Shown: in pieces, positions 10,241 through 20,294 of the stretch
Layout of the letters: every line of letters starts with the position of its first letter
How positions within the stretch are numbered: position 1 is the stretch's first letter
From: Nitrospirota bacterium
Lineage (GTDB): Bacteria; Nitrospirota; Thermodesulfovibrionia; Thermodesulfovibrionales; Dissulfurispiraceae
DNA: 64,000 nucleotides
Assembly: GCA_963710375.1 (NCBI GenBank)
Contig: CAVPZX010000002.1
Location: 736,001 to 800,000, forward strand
Reading direction: 5' to 3'
Program-made: the position numbers and the translations under genes
The notes under the pieces: generated by a model
What the model was told of the DNA's origin: nothing
The model's database searches: none
The model's input: only the letters and a program-made list of their open reading frames with translations

Positions 10241-13200
10241 AATACTTTCACCATGCCACCCGTAATCCGCTCTACCTCTGCCAAAAAATTACCGATCGGC
10301 TGCAGTTGAGATGCTATGATAACACAATATTCGGGAAGGTAAAACCTGAAAGATACTGATACAGGGTCTTTTCCACTGGATTTAAAATCCATTAACTTTC
10401 TTATTTTTCTGAACCTTTCATTCATCGCAGCAGCAGTGTCGCATTTGACGGAAACCTCGTACTTTACGCTGACCTCCATATCAGTCACATCCTGGATCTC
10501 CCTGGCCATAATTTTGGCCCCTTTTTCCGCCCTGAAAACCTGACCGCGCACCATCACCACACTCCCCTTTTTCAGAACCGGAGCAAGCTCCTTGTACAGC
10601 GCAGGGTACACAAGAATATCGCCTGTTCCGGTTTCATCCTCCAGCGAGAGAAATGCGGTCACCCCCTTCTCCCGTGCCTTGCTCTTTATATCGCTGATGA
10701 TGCCTGCAACGCAGATGTCCGCCCGGTCTTCCTTGTCAGCAATATCGGAAATCCTGTTGACGTCCAACGGAGTGAGCATCCTACGGTACCGGGACAGCGG
10801 ATGGCCTGAAATATAAAACCCGAGGGCTTCTTTCTCGTGCTGTAGCAGCGTTTTTTCATCCCAGGGCTGCAGCATGTCGTCAGTTGATTCAGTCTCTCCA
10901 AAAAGCCCTGGGCCGAGGACATCCGCGCGCAAAGGAGAGGAGAACGTCTCCATAGCTTTTGCCCTGGCCCAATTCGGTGTTGTGTCATGTGCTGTAGGTG
11001 ATGAGTCCGAGGATGCCTCATGCCCGCCCTTATAAAGAGAGTCAAAGGCCCCCGCTTTGATAAGACTTTCAATGACCTTCTTGTTTACCCGCTTGTTGTC
11101 TACACGTCTCATGAAATCGCCGAATGAAGTGAAAGTGCCGTTCTGCCGTTCCGTGAGCATCACCTCAATTGCTGCAGAACCCACGCCTTTAACTGCTTCA
11201 AGGCCGAACCGCACCAAATTTCCGAAAATCCTGAATTCGCGTTCGCTCACATTAATGTCGGGCGGCAGTACCTCTATTGCCATGCTCCTGCATTCGTTGA
11301 TGAGCTTCACCACCTTGTCTGTGTCACCCATATCTACGCTCAGGTTTGCAGTCATGAACTCGACCGGATAGTGGGCCTTCAAATACGCTGTCTGGTAAGC
11401 AAGATAGGCATAAGCGGCCGAATGAGATTTATTAAAGCCGTACTCCGCAAAAAAAGCCATAAGCTCGAAAAGCCGTGCAGCCTTTCTCTCAGGGACACCA
11501 TTGGCAATAGCACCCCTTATGAAGACCTCTTTTTGCTTTTCCATCTCCTCGGGCTTCTTCTTGCCCATGGCCCTCCTCAGCAGGTCTGCCTGCCCCAGGG
11601 AAAAGTTTGCTATTCTATTCGCAATTCTCATGACCTGTTCCTGATAAAGAATAACTCCGTATGTCTCATCGAGAATTGCTTTCAACTGAGGCAGTTCATA
11701 TTCAACCTCTGTTTCACCCCGCTTCCTTTTTATGAAATCATCTATCATGCCGCTGCCTATTGGGCCGGGCCGGTATAAGGCAACCAGGGCGATGAGGTCT
11801 TCAAAGCGGTTCGGCTGCATTTTCACAAGTATGTCCCGCATACCATCGCTTTCGAGCTGGAAAATACCGGTGGTCTCGCCCGAGCTGAGGAGCTTATAAG
11901 TGGCTTCATCATCGAGCAGGATTTCAGAGAGGGTTAGATGCTTGCCCTGCTGTTTCATATATTCCACTGCCTTATTCAGAACGGTCAGAGTCTTCAACCC
12001 GAGGAAGTCAAATTTCAGCAGGCCCACGCTTTCAATAGCTCCCATATCGAACTGTGTGGTAATGGTACTTTCCGATGGGTTTTTATACAGCGCGGTAAAG
12101 TCGGTCAGCGGCTCCGGCGCAATTACAACACCGGCGGCATGCGTGGAGGCATGGCGCGAAAGCCCTTCGAGTCTCGTTGCAATATCCAGCAGCTCTTTTA
12201 CCGTCTGGTTGTTGTTATAGAGTTCTCTTAACTGCGGCTCAAGTTTGATCGCTTCATGGATGGTTACATTGTTGGCAGGGACAAGTTTCGCGATGCGGTC
12301 AACTTCCGCATAGGGGATATCAAGCACTCTGCCGACGTCACGGATGGCTGCCTTTGCAGCCATAGTCCCGAAGGTGATAATTTGGGCAACATGGTCAACC
12401 CCATATTTTGCGGCAACATAATCTATTACTTCCTGCCGCCTGTCCTTGCAGAAATCCACATCTATATCCGGCATGCTGATCCTCTCAGGATTGAGAAAGC
12501 GCTCAAAAAGAAGATTGTATTTGATAGGATCGATCTCGGTGATATCAAGGCAGTAGGCAACGAGGCTGCCTGCTGAAGACCCCCTGCCGGGTCCCACAGG
12601 GATGTCGCGGCTGCGCGCATAACTGATAAAATCCCAGACAATAAGAAAATAAGAGGCGTACCCCATCTTCTTTATTACGTTAAGCTCCATGGCAAGGCGG
12701 TCGCTATAGTGTGCAGGGATTTTGTCCTTCATCTTTTCCTGTAGCCCCTTTGCAGCAAGCTCTTCAAGGTATTTGTCGGGAGTTGTCCCTTCAGGAGCCT
12801 TGTATCTTGGCAGCAAGTTCCTGCCTAACGAGAATTCGAGGTTGCACCGCTCTGCAATCAGCCGTGTGTTGTCTATAGCCTCAGGCACTTCACGGAATGC
12901 ATTTTCCATTTCTTGAGGAGATTTAAAATAAAATTCATCCGTTGCCATTTTAAGACGTTTCACATCCTTTACAGTCTTTCCTGTCTGTATGCAGAGGAGA
13001 ATATCATGGGCGCGCGCGTCCTCTTTCTTCAGGTAATGGCAGTCGTTTGTGGCAACAAGTGGAATATGAAGCTCACTCGCAAGCTCGATGAGCTGCATGT
13101 TGACCGTATCCTGTTCGGGAATGCCATTAGACTGTATCTCTAAATAATAATTCTCAGGGCCCAGGATGTGCTTGTACCGCAACGCTGCTTCGCGTGCCTT

Positions 13201-13683
13201 GTCCTGGTTGCCGTACCTAAGATAGTAGGGCACCTCGCCCTTTAGGCACGCGCTTAAGCCTATAAGACCGCCGCTGTACTGTTCAAGAATATCTTTATCG
13301 ATCCTCGGTTTGTAATAGAAACCCTCAAGATAGGCCTTTGAAACAAGAGTGGTCAGGTTTTTATAGCCGGCATTGTCACGTGCGAGGAGGATCAGATGAA
13401 AAGCTGCTTCTTCAGTCAGATTGCTGTCCAGATTTGTTTTTGTCCTGTCAAAACGGCTGCCGGGAGCAACATATACCTCACAGCCGATAATAGGTTTTAT
13501 GCCCTTTTTTACCGCCTTCTTGTAAAAATCGACAGCGCCGCACAGATTTCCGTGATCGGTGATGGCCACGGCAGGCATTTTATAGGCTACGGCCTGCTCA
13601 ATAAGCTCATCTATTTTTATTGCACCGTCCAGAAGGCTGTACTCAGTATGCAAATGGAGAGAGACAAAATGAGCGTGCTGCAT
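10237..13683 (-). CDS. dnaE: DNA polymerase III alpha subunit
   Basis: [14 protein letters not shown] domain, GPGRGS, PDIDVDF and YGFNKSHS motifs. Confidence 0.99.
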   Translation of the reverse strand: MQHAHFVSLHLHTEYSLLDGAIKIDELIEQAVAYKMPAVAITDHGNLCGAVDFYKKAVKKGIKPIIGCEVYVAPGSRFDRTKTNLDSNLTEEAAFHLILLARDNAGYKNLTTLVSKAYLEGFYYKPRIDKDILEQYSGGLIGLSACLKGEVPYYLRYGNQDKAREAALRYKHILGPENYYLEIQSNGIPEQDTVNMQLIELASELHIPLVATNDCHYLKKEDARAHDILLCIQTGKTVKDVKRLKMATDEFYFKSPQEMENAFREVPEAIDNTRLIAERCNLEFSLGRNLLPRYKAPEGTTPDKYLEELAAKGLQEKMKDKIPAHYSDRLAMELNVIKKMGYASYFLIVWDFISYARSRDIPVGPGRGSSAGSLVAYCLDITEIDPIKYNLLFERFLNPERISMPDIDVDFCKDRRQEVIDYVAAKYGVDHVAQIITFGTMAAKAAIRDVGRVLDIPYAEVDRIAKLVPANNVTIHEAIKLEPQLRELYNNNQTVKELLDIATRLEGLSRHASTHAAGVVIAPEPLTDFTALYKNPSESTITTQFDMGAIESVGLLKFDFLGLKTLTVLNKAVEYMKQQGKHLTLSEILLDDEATYKLLSSGETTGIFQLESDGMRDILVKMQPNRFEDLIALVALYRPGPIGSGMIDDFIKRKRGETEVEYELPQLKAILDETYGVILYQEQVMRIANRIANFSLGQADLLRRAMGKKKPEEMEKQKEVFIRGAIANGVPERKAARLFELMAFFAEYGFNKSHSAAYAYLAYQTAYLKAHYPVEFMTANLSVDMGDTDKVVKLINECRSMAIEVLPPDINVSEREFRIFGNLVRFGLEAVKGVGSAAIEVMLTERQNGTFTSFGDFMRRVDNKRVNKKVIESLIKAGAFDSLYKGGHEASSDSSPTAHDTTPNWARAKAMETFSSPLRADVLGPGLFGETESTDDMLQPWDEKTLLQHEKEALGFYISGHPLSRYRRMLTPLDVNRISDIADKEDRADICVAGIISDIKSKAREKGVTAFLSLEDETGTGDILVYPALYKELAPVLKKGSVVMVRGQVFRAEKGAKIMAREIQDVTDMEVSVKYEVSVKCDTAAAMNERFRKIRKLMDFKSSGKDPVSVSFRFYLPEYCVIIASQLQPIGNFLAEVERITGGMVKVL

Positions 13684-13736
13684 GAAAAATTGTAACGTTT
13701 AAGGATTAGCTTAGTCAATCTTGATAATAAAACATG

Positions 13737-13767
13737 AAGGCAGGCAACGGGATTCGCTGCCTGCCCT
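13737..13767 (-). terminator. Probable intrinsic terminator of the 89-aa gene
   Basis: AGGGCAGGCAGCG-loop-CGTTGCCTGCCTT then CATGTTTT on the minus strand. Confidence 0.55.
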
Positions 13768-13780
13768 CATCAATGTGTAC

Positions 13781-14050
13781 TCATGCATATGTATTTATGC
13801 GTGTACCAGTGTCACCAGTTGTCCCGGATTGGACGCCGGCTACTGTCTGTTTAGTAAGGTTCGAGAGCTCAGCCGCAAACGACATCTCCCATTCCTTATG
13901 ATGTTTTTTCTGATTAATGTCGTTCAGCGCCATAGCGTTCAGAGGGTCTTTGGGTACTGGCGTCATTGTATGCGTTATTCCTGAACTACCGCCTATACTA
14001 CCGCCTATATTGCCGCCTATATTGCTTACACCGCCTATTCCTGCGTTCAT
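13781..14050 (-). CDS. Small hypothetical protein with IGG repeats
   Basis: Strong AAGGAGG RBS; 12-bp tandem units ccgcctatattg; downstream hairpin. Confidence 0.7.
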   Translation of the reverse strand: MNAGIGGVSNIGGNIGGSIGGSSGITHTMTPVPKDPLNAMALNDINQKKHHKEWEMSFAAELSNLTKQTVAGVQSGTTGDTGTRINTYA

Positions 14051-14087
14051 CGTTGTTCCTCCTTGATTGGTACTCGCATATGTTGAT

Positions 14088-14120
14088 AAAAAACTCCCCT
14101 GAGGAACCTCCTGGGGAACA
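14088..14120 (-). terminator. Probable intrinsic terminator of hsp20
   Basis: TCCCCAGGAGG-TT-CCTCAGGGGGA followed by a T6 run on the minus strand. Confidence 0.55.
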
Positions 14121-14125
14121 ATCAG

Positions 14126-14608
14126 TTAGTTGATTGCGATTTTCTTTGTCTTGCTTTCAATATTCTCCGATTTAGGGATTCTTACCTCAAGAACACCGTT
14201 TTCAAGGTGCGCCTTCACTTTGTCCGTGTCCGTGCCCTCCGGCAGCTCGAACCTTCGGCAAAAACAGCCATAAGACCTTTCGAAGCTGATGCAGGAGTCC
14301 TTTTCAATCTTCTCTTCTATCTTCTTTTCGCCTGAAATTGTCAGCATAGTGTCAGCAATATCGATCGTGATATCTTCTTTCCTGACACCGGGCAGATCAG
14401 CCCTGAGCACTAGCTCGTTGCCATCTATAAACATATCAACAGAAGGAGAAAACTCCCCCCGTTCCGTGAGACGGTCAGCGGGCCATAACGACGAAGCAAG
14501 AAGCGAAGACGGCCGCGACCACATGTCCTCGAACCACCTTTCGATTTCGTCAAAAGGGGAAATCGTTCTCGATCTCTCGCTTCTGACCAATTCTCTCGTG
14601 CTTGTCAT
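14126..14608 (-). CDS. Small heat-shock protein, Hsp20/alpha-crystallin family
   Basis: DLPGV, ERSYGCFCRRFELP and AHLENGVLEVRIPK motifs. Confidence 0.95.
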   Translation of the reverse strand: MTSTRELVRSERSRTISPFDEIERWFEDMWSRPSSLLASSLWPADRLTERGEFSPSVDMFIDGNELVLRADLPGVRKEDITIDIADTMLTISGEKKIEEKIEKDSCISFERSYGCFCRRFELPEGTDTDKVKAHLENGVLEVRIPKSENIESKTKKIAIN

Positions 14609-14785
14609 GTCATGTACCCCCTTTCATATTATTTTTATTCTCTTACATTCGCATTGGCAATGCCGGGAATTGGCGGGAAAAGGCAGTTAAAAGCAGTTCA
14701 AACTAAAGAGGACTATTATAGTCCTCTTTTAGTAGAGTTATGAGTATTTGCTTAATATTTCACGTGCAGTTGAAACCCCTGAAAC

Positions 14786-14830
14786 TAAGAAAGGCGGTAT
14801 ACAGGTAACCCCTGTATACCGCCTTTCTTA
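14786..14830. terminator. Perfect 20-bp hairpin downstream of the SWIB gene
   Basis: TAAGAAAGGCGGTATACAGG-TAACC-CCTGTATACCGCCTTTCTTA. Confidence 0.75.
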
Positions 14831-14851
14831 ATCTAAAGCTGGATGTTTAGT

Positions 14852-15220
14852 TTAACTTAAATGCTTGTTGACCAACTTGGTCATCTCGAACATTGTGACG
14901 GTGCCTTTACCCCCGAACACATCCTTAAGGTTTCCGTCTGCATTTATGTTCCTCTTATTGACTGAATCCTGCAACTTGTTCTTCTTGATGTACTCCCACA
15001 ACTTCTTCACGACCTCTGTCCTGGGAAGTGGCTTGCTTCCAACGACCTTGGCAAGAGCAGGGCTGATATTCATGGCCTTCATGAAGGCCGGATTCGGCGC
15101 CCTCTTCACCTTTGCTTTCTTTGCAGCCGGCTTCTTTGCAACGGTTTTCTTTGCAGCCGGTTTCTTTGCAGTAGCCTTTTTTGTTGCCGCTTTCTTCGCA
15201 ACTGGTTTCTTTGGTGCCAT
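14852..15220 (-). CDS. SWIB/MDM2-domain protein with histone-H1-like Lys/Ala-rich N-terminus
   Basis: AKK pentapeptide repeats then PRTEVVKKLWEYIKKNKLQD and MFEMTKLVNKHL. Confidence 0.92.
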   Translation of the reverse strand: MAPKKPVAKKAATKKATAKKPAAKKTVAKKPAAKKAKVKRAPNPAFMKAMNISPALAKVVGSKPLPRTEVVKKLWEYIKKNKLQDSVNKRNINADGNLKDVFGGKGTVTMFEMTKLVNKHLS

Positions 15221-15466
15221 TCCTGCCTCCTTATTTTTTATGATGCATTTCGTCTATGAAATATTAACAATATCGCTAAACATCGTCAAGTATTAAATTG
15301 GGCAGGGGGACAAGTGCTGGAAACATTTTTCAGCATATGTTACAGTTTAAAAGAGGTCTTAAATGAAAATATTGATTCTCGGTTGGAACCATGCTGGAGC
15401 GGATAATAAAAAAAACTACTTTATATTATCTAATGGTGCGGGAGAGCTTCTCCGGGGACAGGGAAT

Positions 15467-18007
15467 TTGGATGTAGTCAAAATCGATAGCGCCTTCTACA
15501 CGCCTGACAGTTCCTCAGCTCAGGACATTCTGTCCGTTGTAGACAAAAAAATTCTTCTTGATGGGGCCGTTCCTCTTTTCCAATTTATAGATAATGCAGG
15601 TTTAGATGGGAAATCCATCCACAAAATAAGAGTCGCGAGAGAGCTCTCATTCGGCTGCACGGCCTTTCTCAAAGATAAATCTACCGGCAACGTTCTGCTA
15701 AGACCTGAACGCTTCAGCGAACTGGTCCGCTTCCTGGACGAAGACAAACTGGCACAGTACCGGTTTATCCTGGACTCCGACGATAAGGAGTTGCTGAGTG
15801 AGATCATTCAGCAACTGCTCTACCTTGATATTGATATTGAAGTAATGCTCCAAAACGAAGAAGCCGCAATCCGAAGGATGGAGCTCTTTTTAAAAAACTT
15901 TGAGGAGTTGCAGCGCTTTGTTGAGGAAGCGAGGTCCTCGATATACCATGCACGCGTTGACGATTCCATGAAGGAATATAAAAATACCATCCTCCACACT
16001 CTATCCGATATCGGTGAGACCATCAGGGAGATGCAGGTGAAAGACCTGAAAGTAGCGGTCATGGCACTGAAAAAGTCGGGGAAAAGTGCTGTTGTTAATT
16101 GCCTCCTGGGAGATGATTACTCGCCGACGAGCATCGAACTCCCGACGTTCACTACCTGTATTTACAAGAAGAGCAAGAGCGGCAACATTTCACTTTATTA
16201 TAAAAATAAATCCACCTCTTTCGACAGCCCCGCCTCGCTAAAACAATATGTCCTGAGAGAATTCAAGAATATTCATACCGGCACTGAGACCGGTAACTCT
16301 GGTGATGCCATGAACATAAGGTATGTGCCCAGACAAAACGGCACCTTTCCTTACACTATTATAGATACGCCAGGCCCGGATCTTGCGGGGAAACACCACA
16401 GGGAGATAGCATACAAATGGATACAGGAAGCCGATGTTATCCTCTTTATAATCGACTATTCCAAATATCTTACCACCAGTGAGGAAGAGTTTCTCAGAGA
16501 TATAAAAAATGTTTTCGAAGAGCACCGGAAATTCTATTCCTTTATAGTTGTTGTCAACAAACTTGACCTTATGTATTTGAGCGAAGAGAAGAAATCCGGC
16601 TTGCGATTTATTGATTTTCTGAGGACAAAGCTCAAAGAGCTGGGGTACAAGGGCATCGTTATTTTCGGTCTTTCAGCATTGCAATACCTCTATGCGTTAA
16701 AGGCGCCCCAAACCGAAGGCTGCTCCAGTCTTGATGCCGTTAACGGCAAAGACCTCCGGGAGCAACTAGACAAGTGTCTTATGCTGCATCAGGGCAAGGA
16801 CGATATGACCGTGCTTTCTTTCCTGGACAACCAGATAAGAAACCTGAGGTGGTTTCACGGGAAAGAGGATGCAACCTTGCAGGACCTGAAGGAGAAGAGC
16901 GGATTCGAACAGCTCATGCGTTATATCAATTATATATCGATGGAAAAAGCGCAGATTGAACTCCTGAATCACAAAATGTCCATTGTTAATAAGAAACTCG
17001 ATGGTTTCAGGACCACCTTCATAGATAATTTGCTTAAACAGCTTGAGCAGGACAGTATAAAGCTCGAAGGAATAATCGATGAGATAACAAACTTTGTTGA
17101 GACGGTCATTCCATCATCGGGGCATGGCATCACCGTAGAGCCCCTGCTGGCTAATATCGCAAAAGATCTGAGCCTGGCCCAAAAATCCCTGCGTAAAGTG
17201 CTTACTATGCAACTGGAGAGTTGTGTAAGGCAATTGACAAAAATCTTTAAGTCTTTGACAGGCGAGGAGCTCTTGCTTTTCCAGCGAAACGGGAGGATAC
17301 CGGCAACCGACGGGATAGTTTACTCTATCGACAAGTCTGTGATTGAGAAATTGTACGCACCGGTCCTTGGCAAATATAAGGGGAACCTGGCGCGAGAGGT
17401 GTCCGAAAAGAATAATGCACTTGAAGAGCACAGACATGCAATGGACGAAAAGATCTCCATGCTTAATGAGTATTTAAACAAGGATTACGGGCTGCAGAAC
17501 AGCGATATTTCCCTTCCAAAGATTTCAGATGACTTTGCAGGATTTTGCTTCCCTCCGATAAAAATAAGACTTGACGATATTTTTAATCAGGCGCTTATTA
17601 AAGACCGGCTGGTTAAAAAAAGAGGCCTCCTCGGATTTCTGCTTTTGGTGCTGTCATTCGGTTTTTTTAACATAAAAACCGGGGACTTCACTTTCGACGA
17701 AATAAAACTGAGGAAGGCGCTTTTCCTGGTAAGAAAAGGGCTTGATGATGCAACGTGTCAGCAAATTGAACAGATGCACGATCAATTATTGTCTCACATA
17801 ACAAGCCAGCTCTCTAATCTGGAGCAATCAATGTCAGAGTCAATGCTCAATTTTCGTTCTGTCTACAAGGATATTTTCAATGTATTTATCCTCGACCTGA
17901 ACACCCTTAAAGAGGATATAAAATATAAAACAGACTTTTTGAAAGAGGCCGAGAAGGGGATTAACCGCTTCAGCAATTTATGGAAGGGAATAAGCGAAGC
18001 CTCTTAG
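15467..18007 (+). CDS. Bacterial dynamin-like GTPase
   Basis: G1 ALKKSGKS, G2 LPT, G3 DTPG, G4 NKLD; long helical stalk; hydrophobic LLGFLLLVLSFGFF segment. Confidence 0.85.
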   Translation: MDVVKIDSAFYTPDSSSAQDILSVVDKKILLDGAVPLFQFIDNAGLDGKSIHKIRVARELSFGCTAFLKDKSTGNVLLRPERFSELVRFLDEDKLAQYRFILDSDDKELLSEIIQQLLYLDIDIEVMLQNEEAAIRRMELFLKNFEELQRFVEEARSSIYHARVDDSMKEYKNTILHTLSDIGETIREMQVKDLKVAVMALKKSGKSAVVNCLLGDDYSPTSIELPTFTTCIYKKSKSGNISLYYKNKSTSFDSPASLKQYVLREFKNIHTGTETGNSGDAMNIRYVPRQNGTFPYTIIDTPGPDLAGKHHREIAYKWIQEADVILFIIDYSKYLTTSEEEFLRDIKNVFEEHRKFYSFIVVVNKLDLMYLSEEKKSGLRFIDFLRTKLKELGYKGIVIFGLSALQYLYALKAPQTEGCSSLDAVNGKDLREQLDKCLMLHQGKDDMTVLSFLDNQIRNLRWFHGKEDATLQDLKEKSGFEQLMRYINYISMEKAQIELLNHKMSIVNKKLDGFRTTFIDNLLKQLEQDSIKLEGIIDEITNFVETVIPSSGHGITVEPLLANIAKDLSLAQKSLRKVLTMQLESCVRQLTKIFKSLTGEELLLFQRNGRIPATDGIVYSIDKSVIEKLYAPVLGKYKGNLAREVSEKNNALEEHRHAMDEKISMLNEYLNKDYGLQNSDISLPKISDDFAGFCFPPIKIRLDDIFNQALIKDRLVKKRGLLGFLLLVLSFGFFNIKTGDFTFDEIKLRKALFLVRKGLDDATCQQIEQMHDQLLSHITSQLSNLEQSMSESMLNFRSVYKDIFNVFILDLNTLKEDIKYKTDFLKEAEKGINRFSNLWKGISEAS

Positions 18008-18798
18008 AGGCTGCGAAAGAAGTGAGAGTAAGTTGCTGGAACGAGTTACAGGACCAACTTTTCGACGATTCCTGGAACCCGGAAATCGGTCGTTTTCGTT
18101 CCCGTTACGCCTTTCGCGGCCTCTCCGATGCCGGGTACAGGCTGGAGACAACGTTGATACGCCTGCAGGGCAACTACGTCGGTCTTGAACGGCACCTTCT
18201 CAGGAATTTCAGGAAATACGCTCACCGCGACGTCGTTGAAAGCGACTCAATATGGCACTGGCTTTCAGTGGCGCAGCACTATGGTCTGCCTACGAGACTC
18301 CTTGACTGGACATATTCCCCGTTCATTGCGCTCCACTTTGCCACGGCAAATATAGAAAAGTTTGACACGGATGGCACTATATGGGCAGTCAACTATGTCA
18401 AAGCGCAGCTGGAACTCCCCAAAAAACTCAGGGAGAAACTGGAACTTGAGGGAGCAAACGTCTTCACAGTCGGAATGCTTTCTGAATCGGTCAAATCACT
18501 TATAGAATTGGCCGAGCTCTGCAAAAATGATTTTGTAGTTTTTTTTGAGCCCCCGTCGATCGACGACAGAATAGTAAACCAGTTCGCACTCTTTTCGGTA
18601 ATGTCCGGCCCGACAGATGTCTTGTGCGGCTGGTTGAAAAAACATCCTGCTATATGGCGCAAGATCATTATCCCGGCAGCGCTTAAATGGGAGATCCGCG
18701 ATAAGCTCGACCAGGCAAATGTGACCGAACGAGTTCTATTCCCAGGACTTGACGGCCTCAGCAGATGGCTGAAGCGGCAATACAGCCCCAAATCATAA
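17980..18798 (+). CDS. FRG-domain protein (exact start uncertain)
   Basis: YAFRG, AQHYGLPTRLLDWTYSPFIALHFA, RIVNQ and LFPGLDGL motifs. Confidence 0.93.
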   Translation: MEGNKRSLLEAAKEVRVSCWNELQDQLFDDSWNPEIGRFRSRYAFRGLSDAGYRLETTLIRLQGNYVGLERHLLRNFRKYAHRDVVESDSIWHWLSVAQHYGLPTRLLDWTYSPFIALHFATANIEKFDTDGTIWAVNYVKAQLELPKKLREKLELEGANVFTVGMLSESVKSLIELAELCKNDFVVFFEPPSIDDRIVNQFALFSVMSGPTDVLCGWLKKHPAIWRKIIIPAALKWEIRDKLDQANVTERVLFPGLDGLSRWLKRQYSPKS

Positions 18799-18818
18799 CC
18801 TCCTAACCTTTTTCAATA

Positions 18819-18959
18819 TGGGTAGTGGGCCAGTTTGTTTTTGCTCTGTATCAATTAGCCGTTCAATTCAATCATTAGCCTATATTGAGCATTATGCATG
18901 GTCGCCCACTACTGATAACCCAGGTGATACAGAGCAAAAACAAACTGGCCCACTACCCA
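18819..18959. mobile_element. MITE with perfect 35-bp terminal inverted repeats
   Basis: TGGGTAGTGGGCCAGTTTGTTTTTGCTCTGTATCA (18819-18853) and its exact reverse complement (18925-18959). Confidence 0.8.
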
Positions 18960-19140
18960 ACTATGTCGTCTTATCAAAAAAATAATTTTCGAATTCATGA
19001 AGTTACGCCTTGTAACATTTTTTTAATCTGATTGTAATTGTCTTTTAATGATGTCTGAGTATAGTTAAGCCATATCAAAAAATAGCTTAGCTCTGCCGTA
19101 CGGAGTTTTGACAATACGTTTCAAGTAAAAGGGAGGGCAT

Positions 19141-19518
19141 ATGCCGGAGAAATCGTCGAGGGACAACTTCAGGAAAATGTTGCATGAGAAAAAAGTTGAG
19201 ATTATCAGAAACTCCGCAGACGTGATGAAAAAGTTCATGTCAGGTGAAAACAGACAGACTATTGCTGCGGGACAGGATGAGGGCGACTGCTCGGTATTCT
19301 ATCAATTCGAGCATATGAGCTGCAGGCAGTTTGATTTGCAGTTGGAAAGTATCAGGAAAATAGAGCTGGCGCTGAAAAGGCTCGATGAAGGAAGTTACGG
19401 CTATTGCGAAGAATGCGGTGAAGAAATAAGCATGGAAAGGCTTAAAGTAATTCCCTTTGCTCTGCTCTGCCGTGATTGCCAGGAAGCAAGGGAGCAGCAA
19501 CCCAGGCAAAGGAACTAA
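19141..19518 (+). CDS. TraR/DksA-family C4 zinc-finger protein
   Basis: ALKRLDEGSYGYCEECGEEI...RL..IP.A.LCRDCQ. Confidence 0.93.
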   Translation: MPEKSSRDNFRKMLHEKKVEIIRNSADVMKKFMSGENRQTIAAGQDEGDCSVFYQFEHMSCRQFDLQLESIRKIELALKRLDEGSYGYCEECGEEISMERLKVIPFALLCRDCQEAREQQPRQRN

Positions 19519-19561
19519 GTACTTTTACTCATTAGTAAGGCAGCTGTGGTATGCTTTAGCC

Positions 19562-20089
19562 ATGAGCGGTCTTGTCATCTGGATTACCGGCTTGCCTGGA
19601 AGCGGCAAGAGTACGCTTGCAGACGGCATTAAGGAGCGTTTTCCCGGTTTCGTTATTCTGAGAATGGACGAATTGAGGGAAATAGTTACACCTGAACCTC
19701 TGTATTCTGAAGCCGAAAGAGACATTGTATACCGGGCTATTGTTTATACCGCAAAAACACTTTCAACGCTTGACCACTGTGCAATAATCGATGCTACCGG
19801 AAATATGAGAAAATGGCGGGAAATGGCACGGCAACTCATTCCTGACTTTATCGAAATTTATCTCAGATGTCCCCTCCCGGTTTGTGCTGAGAGGGAAGTC
19901 TCCCGTAGCGACAGCCACGGGGCTCCAAAAGACATTTATGCAAAGGGCAAGGCCGGCTGGCCGGTCCCGGGCGTGCAGGTCCCTTACGAGGAACCGTCGA
20001 ACCCGGAACTTGTCATAGATATGGGGTTGACCTCTATCGAAGAGGCTATAGCAAAAGCTTGCGAGTATGTTTCCCGGCAGTTGTCTTAG
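19562..20089 (+). CDS. Adenylyl-sulfate kinase-family P-loop kinase
   Basis: IWITGLPGSGKST, EIYLRCP and PYEEPSNPEL motifs. Confidence 0.8.
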   Translation: MSGLVIWITGLPGSGKSTLADGIKERFPGFVILRMDELREIVTPEPLYSEAERDIVYRAIVYTAKTLSTLDHCAIIDATGNMRKWREMARQLIPDFIEIYLRCPLPVCAEREVSRSDSHGAPKDIYAKGKAGWPVPGVQVPYEEPSNPELVIDMGLTSIEEAIAKACEYVSRQLS

Positions 20090-20116
20090 TGCAAGTCATT
20101 TATTCGAAGATCCTGA

Positions 20117-20294
20117 GGGTCGGAGAATAAATACTTGTGCATTCAGGCGCTCAAATTTAGGTCAGGTTTGGCTGATCCGATTGAGCAAAACCGCAGGTGT
20201 AGCAGAGCTACATTGAGGATTTTGCGACTGAGGATCGGACGAAGATGACCCAAAGTTGAGATGAATCAATGCGCAAGTATTTATTCTCCGACCC
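20117..20294. mobile_element. MITE (about 178 bp) with 27-bp TIRs and TGA target duplication
   Basis: GGGTCGGAGAATAAATACTTGTGCATT ... AATGCGCAAGTATTTATTCTCCGACCC (1 mismatch); TGA at 20114-20116 and 20295-20297. Confidence 0.8.

Noticed and set aside
14610..14790. CIRCE or HAIR operator for hsp20
   Set aside because: Neither TTAGCACTC-N9-GAGTGCTAA nor CTTGAGT-N7-ACTCAAG is present
19562..20089. Assigning cysC
   Set aside because: Family similarity only; the LDGD motif is replaced by LRMD and there are no sulfate-activation neighbours
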